In this document: positions 39,069-49,896 of the stretch, piece after piece
Numbering within the stretch: the first letter of the stretch is position 1
Layout: the number at the start of each line of letters is the position of its first letter
Source: an uncultured Pseudomonadota bacterium
GTDB lineage: Bacteria; Pseudomonadota; Alphaproteobacteria; Rs-D84
DNA length: 64,000 nucleotides
Direction of reading: 5' to 3'
Assembly: GCA_902781465.1 (NCBI GenBank)
Contig: CACZJK010000001.1
Span: forward strand, 60,243-124,242
Program-made: the position numbers and the translations under genes
Notes under the pieces: generated by a model
The model's input: the letters and a program-made list of their open reading frames with translations, nothing else
Databases searched by the model: none
Told to the model about the DNA's origin: nothing

Positions 39069-40382
39069 ATGAAACATTTATATTTGCCTTTTGTTTTTGT
39101 TCCTTTTTGCGCACTTGCTATGGAAGATTGCGCAACAATGCGACATACACCTAAAAAAGAAATGACATTGGTCGAAGTAGTGGACATGGGGCTTTGCCGT
39201 AATCCAAATACAGCCGCAGCATACGCCGCATTACAATCTGCGCGCTTTACCAAAAACGCAGCACATTCGTATTATTTACCAACTGTATCAGGTGGCCTTG
39301 GCGCAAACCGTTCACACACAGAACACGATGATTGGAATTATAACGCATCGTTATCTGCATCTTATTTAATTTTTGATTTTGGAAAACGCGAATCTGATTT
39401 TGCACAAACACTGGCCACCTATCGCGCAGCCGGTTTTGATTACGACGAAACAATACAAAATTTTATTTATTCTATTGTCGGTGCGTATTATGAATTATTA
39501 AATATGGATGCAGGTGTAGCATCTGCTAAATCAGCATTGACCGTTGCACAAACTGCGAAAGAAACCGCCGATAAAAAATATAAATCTGGCGTTGTTGCAC
39601 GCGCAGATGTTTATAAAGCCGACACAACACTCGCATCATCACAATTGGCACTGGAACGTGCAAAAAACAATCGTGAAATAGCAAAAGGAAATCTTTTGAA
39701 CGTGTTATCTTTTTCTGCAAACGAAGAAATAAAAATAAAAGATATGCCTGCCAGTTTTGGCAGCGACGCCGAAAGTAAAAACATAGATAATCTGATTTCG
39801 ATTGCTAAAAAACAGCGACCTGATTTATTAAAAGCAAAATCGCAAACCAATGCAGCATGGCATCGTCGCAACAGCGCTTTCTTGAAAAACCTGCCGTCTA
39901 TTTCTGTTAATGCTTCTGCACAAACAACAGATAAAACCGCCGGCGGAATGTTCAAAGATATGACGCTTAAAACACACGGCAGCATTGGTTTTTCTGCATC
40001 AATGCCTATATTCACTGGATTTTTAAATTTTTATAATGCGCGTTCTGCAAATGCAGATTATGAAAACACAAAATACAACGAAGAAAACATTTCAAACAAT
40101 GCGATGATGGATGTGTTCACCGCATATCAAAATTATAAAACCGCACAAACAGTTTTAAAACAAACTGAATTTCTTCTTAAATCAGCAACAGAAAACGAAC
40201 GCGTCACATCTGGAATGTACAAGGTTGGACGCGCAACAATGCTGGATTGGCAAACTGCACAATCTGAATTGGCCGACGCACGTAATCAACACAACAGTGC
40301 CAAATACGATTTATTTATAAAACGTGCCGCAGTTGCTTTGGCAATTGGCGATATAAAAACCGGTTTAAAGGAAAATAAATAA
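39069..40382 (+). CDS. TolC-family outer membrane efflux protein
   Basis: Signal peptide and two TolC repeat halves. It overlaps the downstream adaptor gene (TAATG). Confidence 0.7.
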   Translation: MKHLYLPFVFVPFCALAMEDCATMRHTPKKEMTLVEVVDMGLCRNPNTAAAYAALQSARFTKNAAHSYYLPTVSGGLGANRSHTEHDDWNYNASLSASYLIFDFGKRESDFAQTLATYRAAGFDYDETIQNFIYSIVGAYYELLNMDAGVASAKSALTVAQTAKETADKKYKSGVVARADVYKADTTLASSQLALERAKNNREIAKGNLLNVLSFSANEEIKIKDMPASFGSDAESKNIDNLISIAKKQRPDLLKAKSQTNAAWHRRNSAFLKNLPSISVNASAQTTDKTAGGMFKDMTLKTHGSIGFSASMPIFTGFLNFYNARSANADYENTKYNEENISNNAMMDVFTAYQNYKTAQTVLKQTEFLLKSATENERVTSGMYKVGRATMLDWQTAQSELADARNQHNSAKYDLFIKRAAVALAIGDIKTGLKENK

Positions 40383-41554
40383 TGGAAAATGAAACCAAAC
40401 CATCTTTTATAAAAAGATTATGGAATTGGATTTGGCGCAACAAGTGGTGGATTGTCATAATATTGATAATCGCAGGTTTGCTTTGTTGGTGGTTATGTCC
40501 TTTTTCAAAAAACAAAAAAGAATATATTACAATGGATATAACACGTGGCGACATAACACAAAGCGTGACCGCAACCGGCGAAATACAACCTGTGAACACT
40601 ATCAATGTAGGCTCGCAAGTTTCCGGCACAATTGAAAATATTTTTGTAGATTATAATTCACATGTTAAAAAGGGTGATATTTTACTGACCATTGAACCAT
40701 CTGTTTTACAATCAACAGTTGACGAATCATTGGCAACACTTGATTCAACAAAGGCCGAATTAAAATACACTAAAAGCGAATATAATCGCGCAAAATCTTT
40801 ATATGCCGACGGCTTTATTTCGCGCGCAGAAATGGAAAAACTACAAACTGCATACGAACAAGCCCAGCAAGCAGTGAACAAAGCACAATATGCATACGAA
40901 CGCGCCGTAACTAATTTAGGATATGCAACAATTACTTCGCCGGTTGATGGAACTGTGATTTCAAGAAAGGTAGACAAAGGACAAACGGTTGCCGCATCTT
41001 TCCAAACACCAGACCTTTTTGAAATTGCCGAAGATTTATCAAAAATGCAAATTGAAACCGCCGTATCAGAAGCCGATATCGGTATGATAAAGGACGGTAT
41101 GCCGGTCACTTTTACAGTGGACGCATATCCCGGTATGATATTCAAAGGAAATGTTCAACAAATAAGATTGTCCCCAACAACAGTTTCCAATGTGGTTGTT
41201 TATACTGTCGTTATCGATGTAGATAATTCTGATTTAAAATTGATGCCAGGCATGACTGCCTTTGTGACTGTTGTGGTTGCAAATGCAAAAGACACATGGA
41301 AAACAAAAAATTCAGGACTTTTAATTCGTTCATACAAAAACATAATTGATAATGTTGGCGATGATATCACACCGAAAACACACCTGGCGATAAAGCGCAA
41401 CAAAGACATTGTTTTTGTCCCTTATAAACGCGGAATTGCAACGCCCACAGAAACCCAAATAATATCTGATGAATTACGCGAAAATGACAAAATCATTGTT
41501 GGATTCACAGGCCAAACAACAAATAATAAAAGCAATATGCGCCCACGAATGTAA
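40382..41554 (+). CDS. macA: HlyD/MacA-family periplasmic adaptor subunit
   Basis: N-terminal TM segment, a coiled-coil hairpin and lipoyl plus beta-barrel domains. Confidence 0.75.
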   Translation: MENETKPSFIKRLWNWIWRNKWWIVIILIIAGLLCWWLCPFSKNKKEYITMDITRGDITQSVTATGEIQPVNTINVGSQVSGTIENIFVDYNSHVKKGDILLTIEPSVLQSTVDESLATLDSTKAELKYTKSEYNRAKSLYADGFISRAEMEKLQTAYEQAQQAVNKAQYAYERAVTNLGYATITSPVDGTVISRKVDKGQTVAASFQTPDLFEIAEDLSKMQIETAVSEADIGMIKDGMPVTFTVDAYPGMIFKGNVQQIRLSPTTVSNVVVYTVVIDVDNSDLKLMPGMTAFVTVVVANAKDTWKTKNSGLLIRSYKNIIDNVGDDITPKTHLAIKRNKDIVFVPYKRGIATPTETQIISDELRENDKIIVGFTGQTTNNKSNMRPRM

Positions 41555-41555
41555 T

Positions 41556-42302
41556 ATGAAAAATCAAACTGATATTATTGTATTAAACAAAGTAAACAAA
41601 AGTTTTCCGTTGGCCATCGGTGGAACCCAACAGGTTTTATTCGATATAACTTTTACAATAAAAAGTGGAGAATTTGTCGCAATTATGGGACCAAGTGGTT
41701 CTGGGAAATCAACGTGTATGAATATAATTGGCGCATTGGACAGTGCGACATCTGGCACTTACGAATTATACGGCAAAGACATAACAACCATGACCGCAGA
41801 CGATTTAGCAACTGTTCGAAATGAACATATAGGCTTTGTTTTTCAAAACTTTAATTTATTACCCAAACGAACAATAATGGACAATGTAATGTTGCCTTTG
41901 ATGTATCGCGGATGGGTTATGGACGACAGAATTCGCCGTGCGCGTGAAATGTTAAAATTGGTTGGATTAGAAAATTTTGAAACTTATTATCCAACACAAT
42001 TATCGGGGGGTATGAAACAACGCGTTGCTATTGCGCGCGCTTTGGCCGGGAATCCAAAATTGATATTAGCAGACGAACCCACAGGTTCACTTGATTCAAA
42101 AATGGGAAATGAAATTTTGAAATTCTTTGAAGAATTAAATCGTAATTTTGGAATAACAATAATAATGATTACACACGAATTTGAAATCGCAGGATATGCG
42201 CATCGAATAATACATATTTTTGATGGGCGCGTGACTTACGACGGCCCTGTTCCAAAAAGCGAAACAACGCTTCTTAAATCAGAACAAAAGCATAAAAAAT
42301 GA
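41556..42302 (+). CDS. macB: ABC transporter ATP-binding protein (MacB/LolD-like)
   Basis: Walker A GPSGSGKST, signature LSGGMKQRVAIARAL and Walker B ILADEPT. Confidence 0.85.
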   Translation: MKNQTDIIVLNKVNKSFPLAIGGTQQVLFDITFTIKSGEFVAIMGPSGSGKSTCMNIIGALDSATSGTYELYGKDITTMTADDLATVRNEHIGFVFQNFNLLPKRTIMDNVMLPLMYRGWVMDDRIRRAREMLKLVGLENFETYYPTQLSGGMKQRVAIARALAGNPKLILADEPTGSLDSKMGNEILKFFEELNRNFGITIIMITHEFEIAGYAHRIIHIFDGRVTYDGPVPKSETTLLKSEQKHKK

Positions 42303-43516
42303 CAATCGGTGATATACTAAAAGAATCTTGGATATCAATCAGTGGTAATAAATTACGGTCTTTCCTGACCGTTCTTGGCATTATTATCGGCGTTATGGCG
42401 GTTGTTATAATGGTTGCAGTTGGGGAAACAGTTCAAAAATCTATCACAGACCAATTTTCATCACTGGGCACTAATACAATTGTTGTTCGTGCAGGCGCAG
42501 CGCGCACAGGTGGCGTTCGTATGGGAAATCGCCAAACATTGACAATAACTGATGGCGAACAAATAAAAAGGTTATCAGATGTCATCTACGTTGCACCGGC
42601 ACAAATGGGTTCGTCCCAGGTTATATATGGAAACAAAAATTGGTCAACAATGATTTTGGGGACTTCGCCTGATTATGCTGCAATTCAAGACATAGATATA
42701 GAATACGGAACTTTCTTTGATGAAAACGCGGTAAAAAACGCATCTACTTATGCAGTTATTGGCCCTGATACAGCAATGGAATTGGGCATGCCTGAAAATC
42801 CTGTTGGTGAAATAATAAGAATTCAAAATATGCCTTTTGTGGTTATCGGTATGATGCAGGCACGTGGTGATTCAGCCTTTGGTTCCCAAGATGATATGAT
42901 TATAATTCCGGTCACGACACTTAAAAAGCGATTGCAGGGTTCTAAATTTCCAGATGCAGTCACCATGATTGCGTTAAAGATTTATAATGATTCTGATAAC
43001 AATGTTGTTATCGAACAAATCACTTCTCTTTTACGACAAAGGCACAGATTAAAAGAAAACGATGAAGACGATTTTCAAATAACAGATATGAAGCAAATAA
43101 TGGAAACAATGAATACAGTGACAGGATATTTGAAATTATTATTGATTGCGATTGCGGCGGTATCTTTACTGGTTGGTTCAATTGGAATTATGAATATGAT
43201 GCTGACTTCTGTTGCAGAACGCACGCGCGAAATCGGTGTTCGCAAAGCAATTGGCGCACGCGAACGCGTAATAATAATTCAGTTTTTATCTGAATCAGTA
43301 ATGATATCGTTTATCGGTTCAATGATAGGATTGATTCTTGGGGTAGGTTTATCCCAAGGGGTAGGTCGTTTTATATTACATTACAATGTTCCATTTTCAA
43401 TATGGCCGGTAATATTATCTGTTTCAGTTGCGGTTGTGGTCGGATTGGCATCCGGCGTTATGCCAGCAATCAAGGCCGCGAAATTAAACCCAATCGACAG
43501 TTTAAGGTATGAATAA
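42299..43516 (+). CDS. ABC transporter permease, FtsX/MacB family
   Basis: N-terminal TM segment, a periplasmic domain and three C-terminal TM segments (FtsX-like). Confidence 0.8.
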   Translation: MTIGDILKESWISISGNKLRSFLTVLGIIIGVMAVVIMVAVGETVQKSITDQFSSLGTNTIVVRAGAARTGGVRMGNRQTLTITDGEQIKRLSDVIYVAPAQMGSSQVIYGNKNWSTMILGTSPDYAAIQDIDIEYGTFFDENAVKNASTYAVIGPDTAMELGMPENPVGEIIRIQNMPFVVIGMMQARGDSAFGSQDDMIIIPVTTLKKRLQGSKFPDAVTMIALKIYNDSDNNVVIEQITSLLRQRHRLKENDEDDFQITDMKQIMETMNTVTGYLKLLLIAIAAVSLLVGSIGIMNMMLTSVAERTREIGVRKAIGARERVIIIQFLSESVMISFIGSMIGLILGVGLSQGVGRFILHYNVPFSIWPVILSVSVAVVVGLASGVMPAIKAAKLNPIDSLRYE

Positions 43517-43555
43517 AGAAATACTTGCACGCCTATTTATTTTTGATAGAATGGT

Positions 43556-43762
43556 TATGAATCCAATGGGAATTGGGTTTGGGGCTGTGATAAGCCCAAT
43601 CAGGTCGGTGCGAAAGCATCGTTATATTGGTGTTTCGGTGTTTTTTTTGCATCGTCAACATCCCTGACTAACAAGGTCGGGGAGCCGTCATACCGTAAGG
43701 TGACGGAATCATAACCTGATTGATTTATCAACTCCCCGACCGCCTTTTCATTGGCGGTTTTT
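43556..43762 (+). ncRNA. R2 structured leader RNA, copy a (promoter TTGCAC-N16-TAGAAT at 43525-43552)
   Basis: Homologous to the reverse complement of 24875-25062. Hairpins are CCAAU-GGGA-AUUGG, GGGC..GCCC and CGGUGC-GAAA-GCAUCG. An alternative stem GCAUCG..CGGUGU plus U8 is possible. A long helix GGUCGGGGAG/CUCCCCGACC encloses CCGUCA..UGACGG. Terminator is ACCGCC..GGCGGU plus U5. Confidence 0.55.
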
Positions 43763-43780
43763 ATAAAATGGAGTTTTCCT

Positions 43781-44068
43781 ATGCCACAAACTAAACAAAT
43801 TAACAAAATCGACCAAACTGAAAGATTAATAGAAGCGGTTGAAAACCTGTCTTTTTCAATCGACAATTTGAAAGACAATAGTTCGCGTGATTATTCACCA
43901 TATTTAACAAATATTTTTATATCTTTGAAAATATTGGATAAAATTCAACACGAATTACACATATTAAATAAAACATTTATTATGTCTGCTCTGCTTTTAA
44001 GTGCAACAAAAAATCCAGAAAAAACATTAAATGAATATCACAAAATTATTGACCAATATTTAAATTAA
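43781..44068 (+). CDS. small hypothetical protein
   Basis: ATG at 43781 is preceded by GGAG. 95 aa with no signal peptide, followed by a terminator. Confidence 0.4.
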   Translation: MPQTKQINKIDQTERLIEAVENLSFSIDNLKDNSSRDYSPYLTNIFISLKILDKIQHELHILNKTFIMSALLLSATKNPEKTLNEYHKIIDQYLN

Positions 44069-44096
44069 AACACCGCCGATTGGCGGTGTTTTTTTA
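44069..44096 (+). terminator. rho-independent terminator (bidirectional with accC)
   Basis: AACACCGCCGAUUGGCGGUGUU followed by U7. Confidence 0.6.
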
Positions 44097-45476
44097 TTCT
44101 TTATTCTCTTCTGTGTTTTCTTTGGTTTCTTTTTCAGATTCCAAGAAATGTTCCAACCAATGATTATCTGTTTTTAATTGGCGAACATCTGAATTTCCCA
44201 ACAACTTTTTCTGTAATGGAATTGTTGTTTTGATTCCTTCGATAACAAATTCGTCCAATGCACGTTCCGCGCGCATAATACACGCTGGTCTTGATTGCGC
44301 ATGTACAATCAATTTTGCAATCATAGAATCGTATGTCGATGGAATTGTGTATCCTGTGTATGCCGCACTGTCCACACGCACACCCAGGCCGCCTGACGGT
44401 GCATACAATGTTATTTTGCCAGGGTTTGGAATAAAAGTTTCCGGATCTTCGGCATTGATACGAAATTCTATCGCGTGCCCATGCGCAACCAGATTTGATT
44501 GTGTATAACCCAACTTTTCCCCCGCCGCAATACGTATTTGTTCACGGACCAAATCAATACCATAAACCATTTCCGTCACAGGATGTTCAACCTGTAAACG
44601 TGTATTCATTTCAAGGAAATAAAATTTACCATCTTCGAACATAAATTCAAAAGTACCGGCATTTGTATATTTCATTTTCTTGGCCGCGGCTTTACAAACC
44701 TCTATCATATCATCGCGTTGTTTTTGCGTTAATATTGCCGCAGGGCATTCTTCCATAACTTTTTGGTTTTTACGTTGCAACGAACAATCACGTTCACCAA
44801 AGATAACCACATTGCCATGTTTATCACCCAAAACCTGAAATTCAATATGACGCGGATGCAACAACAGTTTTTCCATATAAAGCGTATCGTCACCAAATGC
44901 AGATTTAGATTCTGCCTTTACTATCGGAAAAGCCTCGCGTAATTCATTGGCATTACTTATCGCGCGCATACCACGACCACCACCACCAGATGCCGCCTTT
45001 ATCATAACCGGGTATCCAATTTTATCCGCCCAAACCAGCGCATCTTCGATATCGCGCAATGCGCCTTCGCTGCCCGGAACGACAGGCAATCCACATTTTA
45101 TCGCAGTTTGTTTTGCATTTACTTTATCGCCCATTTTGCGAATCATATCACTGTCCGGACCAATCCAGATAAGACCATGCTGTTCAACCTTGTCTACAAA
45201 GTCTGCACGTTCTGATAAAAATCCATAACCCGGGTGAATAGCATCTGCATTGGTCAACAACGCCGCAGTCAATATCGCAGATTCATTAAGATAAGATTCT
45301 GACGATTGTGCCGGACCAATACACACAGATTCGTCCGCCAACTTAACATGCATTGCGTCACGATCAGCCGTAGAATAAACCGCAACCGTTCGAATACCCA
45401 TATCGCGACACGCACGAATAACACGCAAAGCGATTTCACCACGATTGGCAATTAAAACTTTTTTTATTTGTGGCAT
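44094..45476 (-). CDS. accC: acetyl-CoA carboxylase biotin carboxylase subunit
   Basis: ATP-grasp motifs and full-length AccC conservation. ATG is at 45476 (MPQIKKVLIANRGEIA). Confidence 0.9.
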   Translation of the reverse strand: MPQIKKVLIANRGEIALRVIRACRDMGIRTVAVYSTADRDAMHVKLADESVCIGPAQSSESYLNESAILTAALLTNADAIHPGYGFLSERADFVDKVEQHGLIWIGPDSDMIRKMGDKVNAKQTAIKCGLPVVPGSEGALRDIEDALVWADKIGYPVMIKAASGGGGRGMRAISNANELREAFPIVKAESKSAFGDDTLYMEKLLLHPRHIEFQVLGDKHGNVVIFGERDCSLQRKNQKVMEECPAAILTQKQRDDMIEVCKAAAKKMKYTNAGTFEFMFEDGKFYFLEMNTRLQVEHPVTEMVYGIDLVREQIRIAAGEKLGYTQSNLVAHGHAIEFRINAEDPETFIPNPGKITLYAPSGGLGVRVDSAAYTGYTIPSTYDSMIAKLIVHAQSRPACIMRAERALDEFVIEGIKTTIPLQKKLLGNSDVRQLKTDNHWLEHFLESEKETKENTEENKE

Positions 45477-45486
45477 AACAACACCA

Positions 45487-45921
45487 TTATTCAATTACAA
45501 TAATAGGCATATCAAATTCAACAGCCGTTCCGTCTGTCACCAAAATTTCTTTGACAACACCATCAACATCAGACTTGATAGGATTGAAAGTCTTCATCGC
45601 TTCAACCAGCGCAACTGTATCGCCAGCCTTGACTTCACTGCCCACTTTTACAAAAGGTTTTGCACCTGGTTCTGGGGACAAATAAACAACACCAACCATT
45701 GGTGATTTCAATGTATGTCCAGAAACTTTTTCAGACGCACTTGCTTTATTTGCAGTTTGAACAAAACCGACAGGTGCCGCCGCAACCGCTTGTTGTTTTG
45801 ATAAATGAATATGTTTGCGATATAAACCCAATAACAGTTGACGTTCCAAATCCAATTCTGTTATGCCCATTTCGTCCATTAATTTAGACATATTTTCAAC
45901 TGTTGACCTAAAAGATGACAT
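45487..45921 (-). CDS. accB: acetyl-CoA carboxylase biotin carboxyl carrier protein
   Basis: Biotinyl domain with the EAMKT variant of EAMKM. Confidence 0.85.
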   Translation of the reverse strand: MSSFRSTVENMSKLMDEMGITELDLERQLLLGLYRKHIHLSKQQAVAAAPVGFVQTANKASASEKVSGHTLKSPMVGVVYLSPEPGAKPFVKVGSEVKAGDTVALVEAMKTFNPIKSDVDGVVKEILVTDGTAVEFDMPIIVIE

Positions 45922-45981
45922 AATTACAAATCCTTTTTATTAAAACATATTATATAAATTCTATCATATTGATTTTTTATG

Positions 45982-46212
45982 TCAAGGAACAGGATCATAC
46001 CCACATCCCCCACCTGGGCGACAACGTGATATACGTTTTATTCCCAAAAAAGTTCCATGCACAAATCCATATTTTTCAATTGCCTGTTTTGTATATTCGC
46101 TGCAAGTTGGAGTAAAACGGCATGCCGCACATCCACCTGTGAACGGCGATATACACAATTGATAAACATTGATTAATTTGCATCCAATTTTGGCAAAAAT
46201 ACTGTTTTTCAT
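45982..46212 (-). CDS. yidD: membrane protein insertion efficiency factor YidD
   Basis: CRFTPTCSEYTKQAIEKYG..GIKRISRCRPGGGCGYDPVP. It overlaps rnpA with ATGA. Confidence 0.85.
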   Translation of the reverse strand: MKNSIFAKIGCKLINVYQLCISPFTGGCAACRFTPTCSEYTKQAIEKYGFVHGTFLGIKRISRCRPGGGCGYDPVP

Positions 46213-46535
46213 TTTGCAATTTTCTTTAATAAATTTGCCATTTTTACACGTCCCCCTTCGCGAGAGCATTCAAAAATAGATGGACGCGCAATAAATATAT
46301 AGTCCGCATTAGGCAACATTAAATGTTCATTATACGCAATCCAATCGCGCAATAAACGCTTTGCACGATTACGACGGACCGCCAATTTGAAAAAGCGTTT
46401 TGTTGCAACAATACCGTATCTTGCGTCTTTTTTTGCGGCCAATTTTGCTTTTACTATAAAATAGAAATTAGACACAACCGGATCTTTTTCAGTTGTTAAA
46501 AAATCTCTATGATTTCTTATCGTTTTTCTTTTCAT
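46209..46535 (-). CDS. rnpA: ribonuclease P protein component
   Basis: RNR-like basic motif KRFFKLAVRRNRAKRLLR. Start is ATG at 46535. Confidence 0.75.
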   Translation of the reverse strand: MKRKTIRNHRDFLTTEKDPVVSNFYFIVKAKLAAKKDARYGIVATKRFFKLAVRRNRAKRLLRDWIAYNEHLMLPNADYIFIARPSIFECSREGGRVKMANLLKKIAK

Positions 46536-46624
46536 GGTCGCAATTATACCAGAATATCGCGAAAAGCAAATAAAAAAGCAAAAAATGCTATGCGCACTTG
46601 ATTTTTTTCGCGCCTGCTTTATAA

Positions 46625-47704
<1,080 letters not shown>

Positions 47705-47725
47705 TCCGCTTAACAGCGAGATAAA

Positions 47726-47751
47726 AAACACCGGCCTGTGCCGGTTTTTTT
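47726..47751 (+). terminator. rho-independent terminator
   Basis: AACACCGGCCUGUGCCGG followed by U7. Confidence 0.6.
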
Positions 47752-47791
47752 ATTGCAAATCTGAATTTAGGTGTTATAATGCCTCTGCTTT

Positions 47792-47868
47792 GGGTGGTTA
47801 GCTCAGTTGGCTAGAGCGTCACGTTGACATCGTGGAGGTCGTTGGTTCGAGCCCAATACCACCCACCA
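47792..47868 (+). tRNA. tRNA-Val (anticodon GAC)
   Basis: Acceptor GGGTGGT/ACCACCC, anticodon loop TTGACAT, T-loop GGTTCGAGCC and an encoded CCA. Confidence 0.9.
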
Positions 47869-47925
47869 AAAATTCTAAGGCCTGCCCAAAGTTATGGCAG
47901 GCTTTTTTAGTTCAAGGGGCAGATT

Positions 47926-49896
47926 ATGACAAAGAAATATCTTATTACATCGGCACTTCCTTATGTGAATAACAATTTACATATCGGGCATTTAATTGGC
48001 TGTTTATTGCCAAGTGATGTTTATGCGCGTTTTTGTCGCGCAATGGGTCGTGATGTTTTATTTGTCTGTGGATCTGATGAACATGGAACAACATCTGAAA
48101 TTGGGGCGCGCAAAGAAAATTTGCCTATTGAAGAATATGTTGATAAATACCGCGCAAAACACGCACAATCTGTAAAAGACTTTAATTTGTCTTTTGATTT
48201 GTTTGGACGCACACACACAAAATTACAAGAAAAATTGATTCATGATTTATTTAATCGCCTTGACGAACAAGGTTTAATCGAAGAAAAAACATCATTACAA
48301 CCTTATTCTGTTAATGAAAAAAGATTTTTGGCAGACAGATATGTTATTGGAACTTGTCCAAAATGTGGCTATGAAAAAGCCTATGGAAACGAATGTGAAA
48401 AATGTGGTGCTTCCTTGGAACCATCTGAATTGATAAACCCACACAGCGCCGAAGATCCAAATTCACCAGTTGAAATGCGCGAAACAAAACATTTGTATTT
48501 TAAATTAAGCGCGATGAGCGATAAATTAAAACAATGGGTTGATTCCAGACAAGGCTGGCCAAAAACAGCAACTGCTATTGCTAATAAATGGCTGAGCGAA
48601 GGCCTGCATGATGCGCCGATTACACGCGATTTGAAATGGGGAATACCTGTTAATAAACCTGGCTTTGAAGACAAAGTTTTCTATGTTTGGTTTGATGCAC
48701 CTTGGGGTTATGTTTCAATTTCCCAGGCAGCAAACAAAGATTGGGAATCTTGGTGGAAAAATCCAGATTGTCATTACACTCAATTTATGGGCAAAGACAA
48801 TGTTTCGTTCCATGCTGTGTTTTTTCCATCGCAAGAATTGGCGATGAACGACAATTGGAAAACAGTTGATGTATTAAAGGCCGTCAATTTTATGAATTTT
48901 AATGGCGCAAAAATATCTAAATCAACCGGCAACGGAATATTCTTGGTTGACGCGATAAATGACGCCCCAAGTGATTGTTGGCGTTATGCGTTGTTGGCGT
49001 CTGCGCCTGAAACAGATGATACAGATTTCACAATTAATCGTTTCGCAGATATTGTGAACAAAGATCTTAACGGTATGTTGGGTAATTTTGTATCACGTGT
49101 TTGCAAATTATCTGCAAAGAATTTTGGAAACAGCGTTCCAAAATCTGGTGATATTGATGCGGAATTGAAATCAAAGATTGATGAAAAATTACAAGAATTA
49201 ACAGATGCACTTGAAAAATGCGAATTGCGTGCAAGTGTCTTTGCACTACGCGGTTTATGGGCAATTGGTAATGAATATATGACTGAAAAGGCCCCTTGGA
49301 CAATGATTAAAGAAGGCGATTTGGATGGTGCAGCGTCCGTATTAAACACTTGCTTTCAATTGATTGATTTGTATTCACGTGTATCTGCGCCGTTCATACC
49401 GGATGCTGCAGAAAAAATGCAAAATATCTTTGCAGACAAACAAGATTTATCTTGGCCAACAGAATTTAAATCACGCGTCGCAGACGGGGCAGAATTTACA
49501 ATTCCTGAAAATCTGTTTGAAAGAATTGACGACGAAAAAATTAAAGAATTAACAGAAAAATATTCTGTTAAAAACGAACCAAAATTGACCGTTGTTAAAA
49601 TTACAGAGGTAAAAAATCACCCATCACGTGAAGATTTACATATTTTAACCGTCAATGATGGCACACAAGATTATACTGTTGTTTGTGGCGCACCTAATGT
49701 TCGCAAAGACATGTTGGCTGTATTCGCACCAATTGGCGCAATATTACCAAAGACCGGCAAACCAATTAAACCACGTAATGTCGCAGGTATTGAATCTAGT
49801 GGTATGTTATGCAGTGGCGCCGAATTAAATGTGTCCGATGATGATTCTGGATTATACGAATTAAATGACGAAACAAAAATTGGTAATGTATTTTAA
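47926..49896 (+). CDS. metG: methionine--tRNA ligase
   Basis: HIGH motif PYVNNNLHIGHL, KMSKS motif KISKS, a Zn knuckle CPKCG..CEKCG and a C-terminal tRNA-binding domain. Confidence 0.9.
   Translation: MTKKYLITSALPYVNNNLHIGHLIGCLLPSDVYARFCRAMGRDVLFVCGSDEHGTTSEIGARKENLPIEEYVDKYRAKHAQSVKDFNLSFDLFGRTHTKLQEKLIHDLFNRLDEQGLIEEKTSLQPYSVNEKRFLADRYVIGTCPKCGYEKAYGNECEKCGASLEPSELINPHSAEDPNSPVEMRETKHLYFKLSAMSDKLKQWVDSRQGWPKTATAIANKWLSEGLHDAPITRDLKWGIPVNKPGFEDKVFYVWFDAPWGYVSISQAANKDWESWWKNPDCHYTQFMGKDNVSFHAVFFPSQELAMNDNWKTVDVLKAVNFMNFNGAKISKSTGNGIFLVDAINDAPSDCWRYALLASAPETDDTDFTINRFADIVNKDLNGMLGNFVSRVCKLSAKNFGNSVPKSGDIDAELKSKIDEKLQELTDALEKCELRASVFALRGLWAIGNEYMTEKAPWTMIKEGDLDGAASVLNTCFQLIDLYSRVSAPFIPDAAEKMQNIFADKQDLSWPTEFKSRVADGAEFTIPENLFERIDDEKIKELTEKYSVKNEPKLTVVKITEVKNHPSREDLHILTVNDGTQDYTVVCGAPNVRKDMLAVFAPIGAILPKTGKPIKPRNVAGIESSGMLCSGAELNVSDDDSGLYELNDETKIGNVF

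Noticed and set aside
41469-41555. ORF-track N-terminal extensions: the ATPase gene overlapping macA by 85 nt; recF start at 38911 overlapping tRNA-Cys; accC at 45494 (TTG); mutS at 32865 (GTG); dnaX at 3688.
   Set aside because: Internal ATG codons with proper SD or spacing and homologous N-termini give non-overlapping starts (41556, 38869, 45476, 32880, 3712). The longer versions are longest-ORF artefacts.
43590-43640. CAGGUCGGUGC-GAAA-GCAUCG in R2 resembles the SRP (4.5S) RNA helix-8 GNRA region.
   Set aside because: The diagnostic AGCAGC/GGAAGGAAGCAGC symmetric-loop motifs and overall 4.5S architecture are lacking. The second homologous copy sits as a leader before an unrelated gene.
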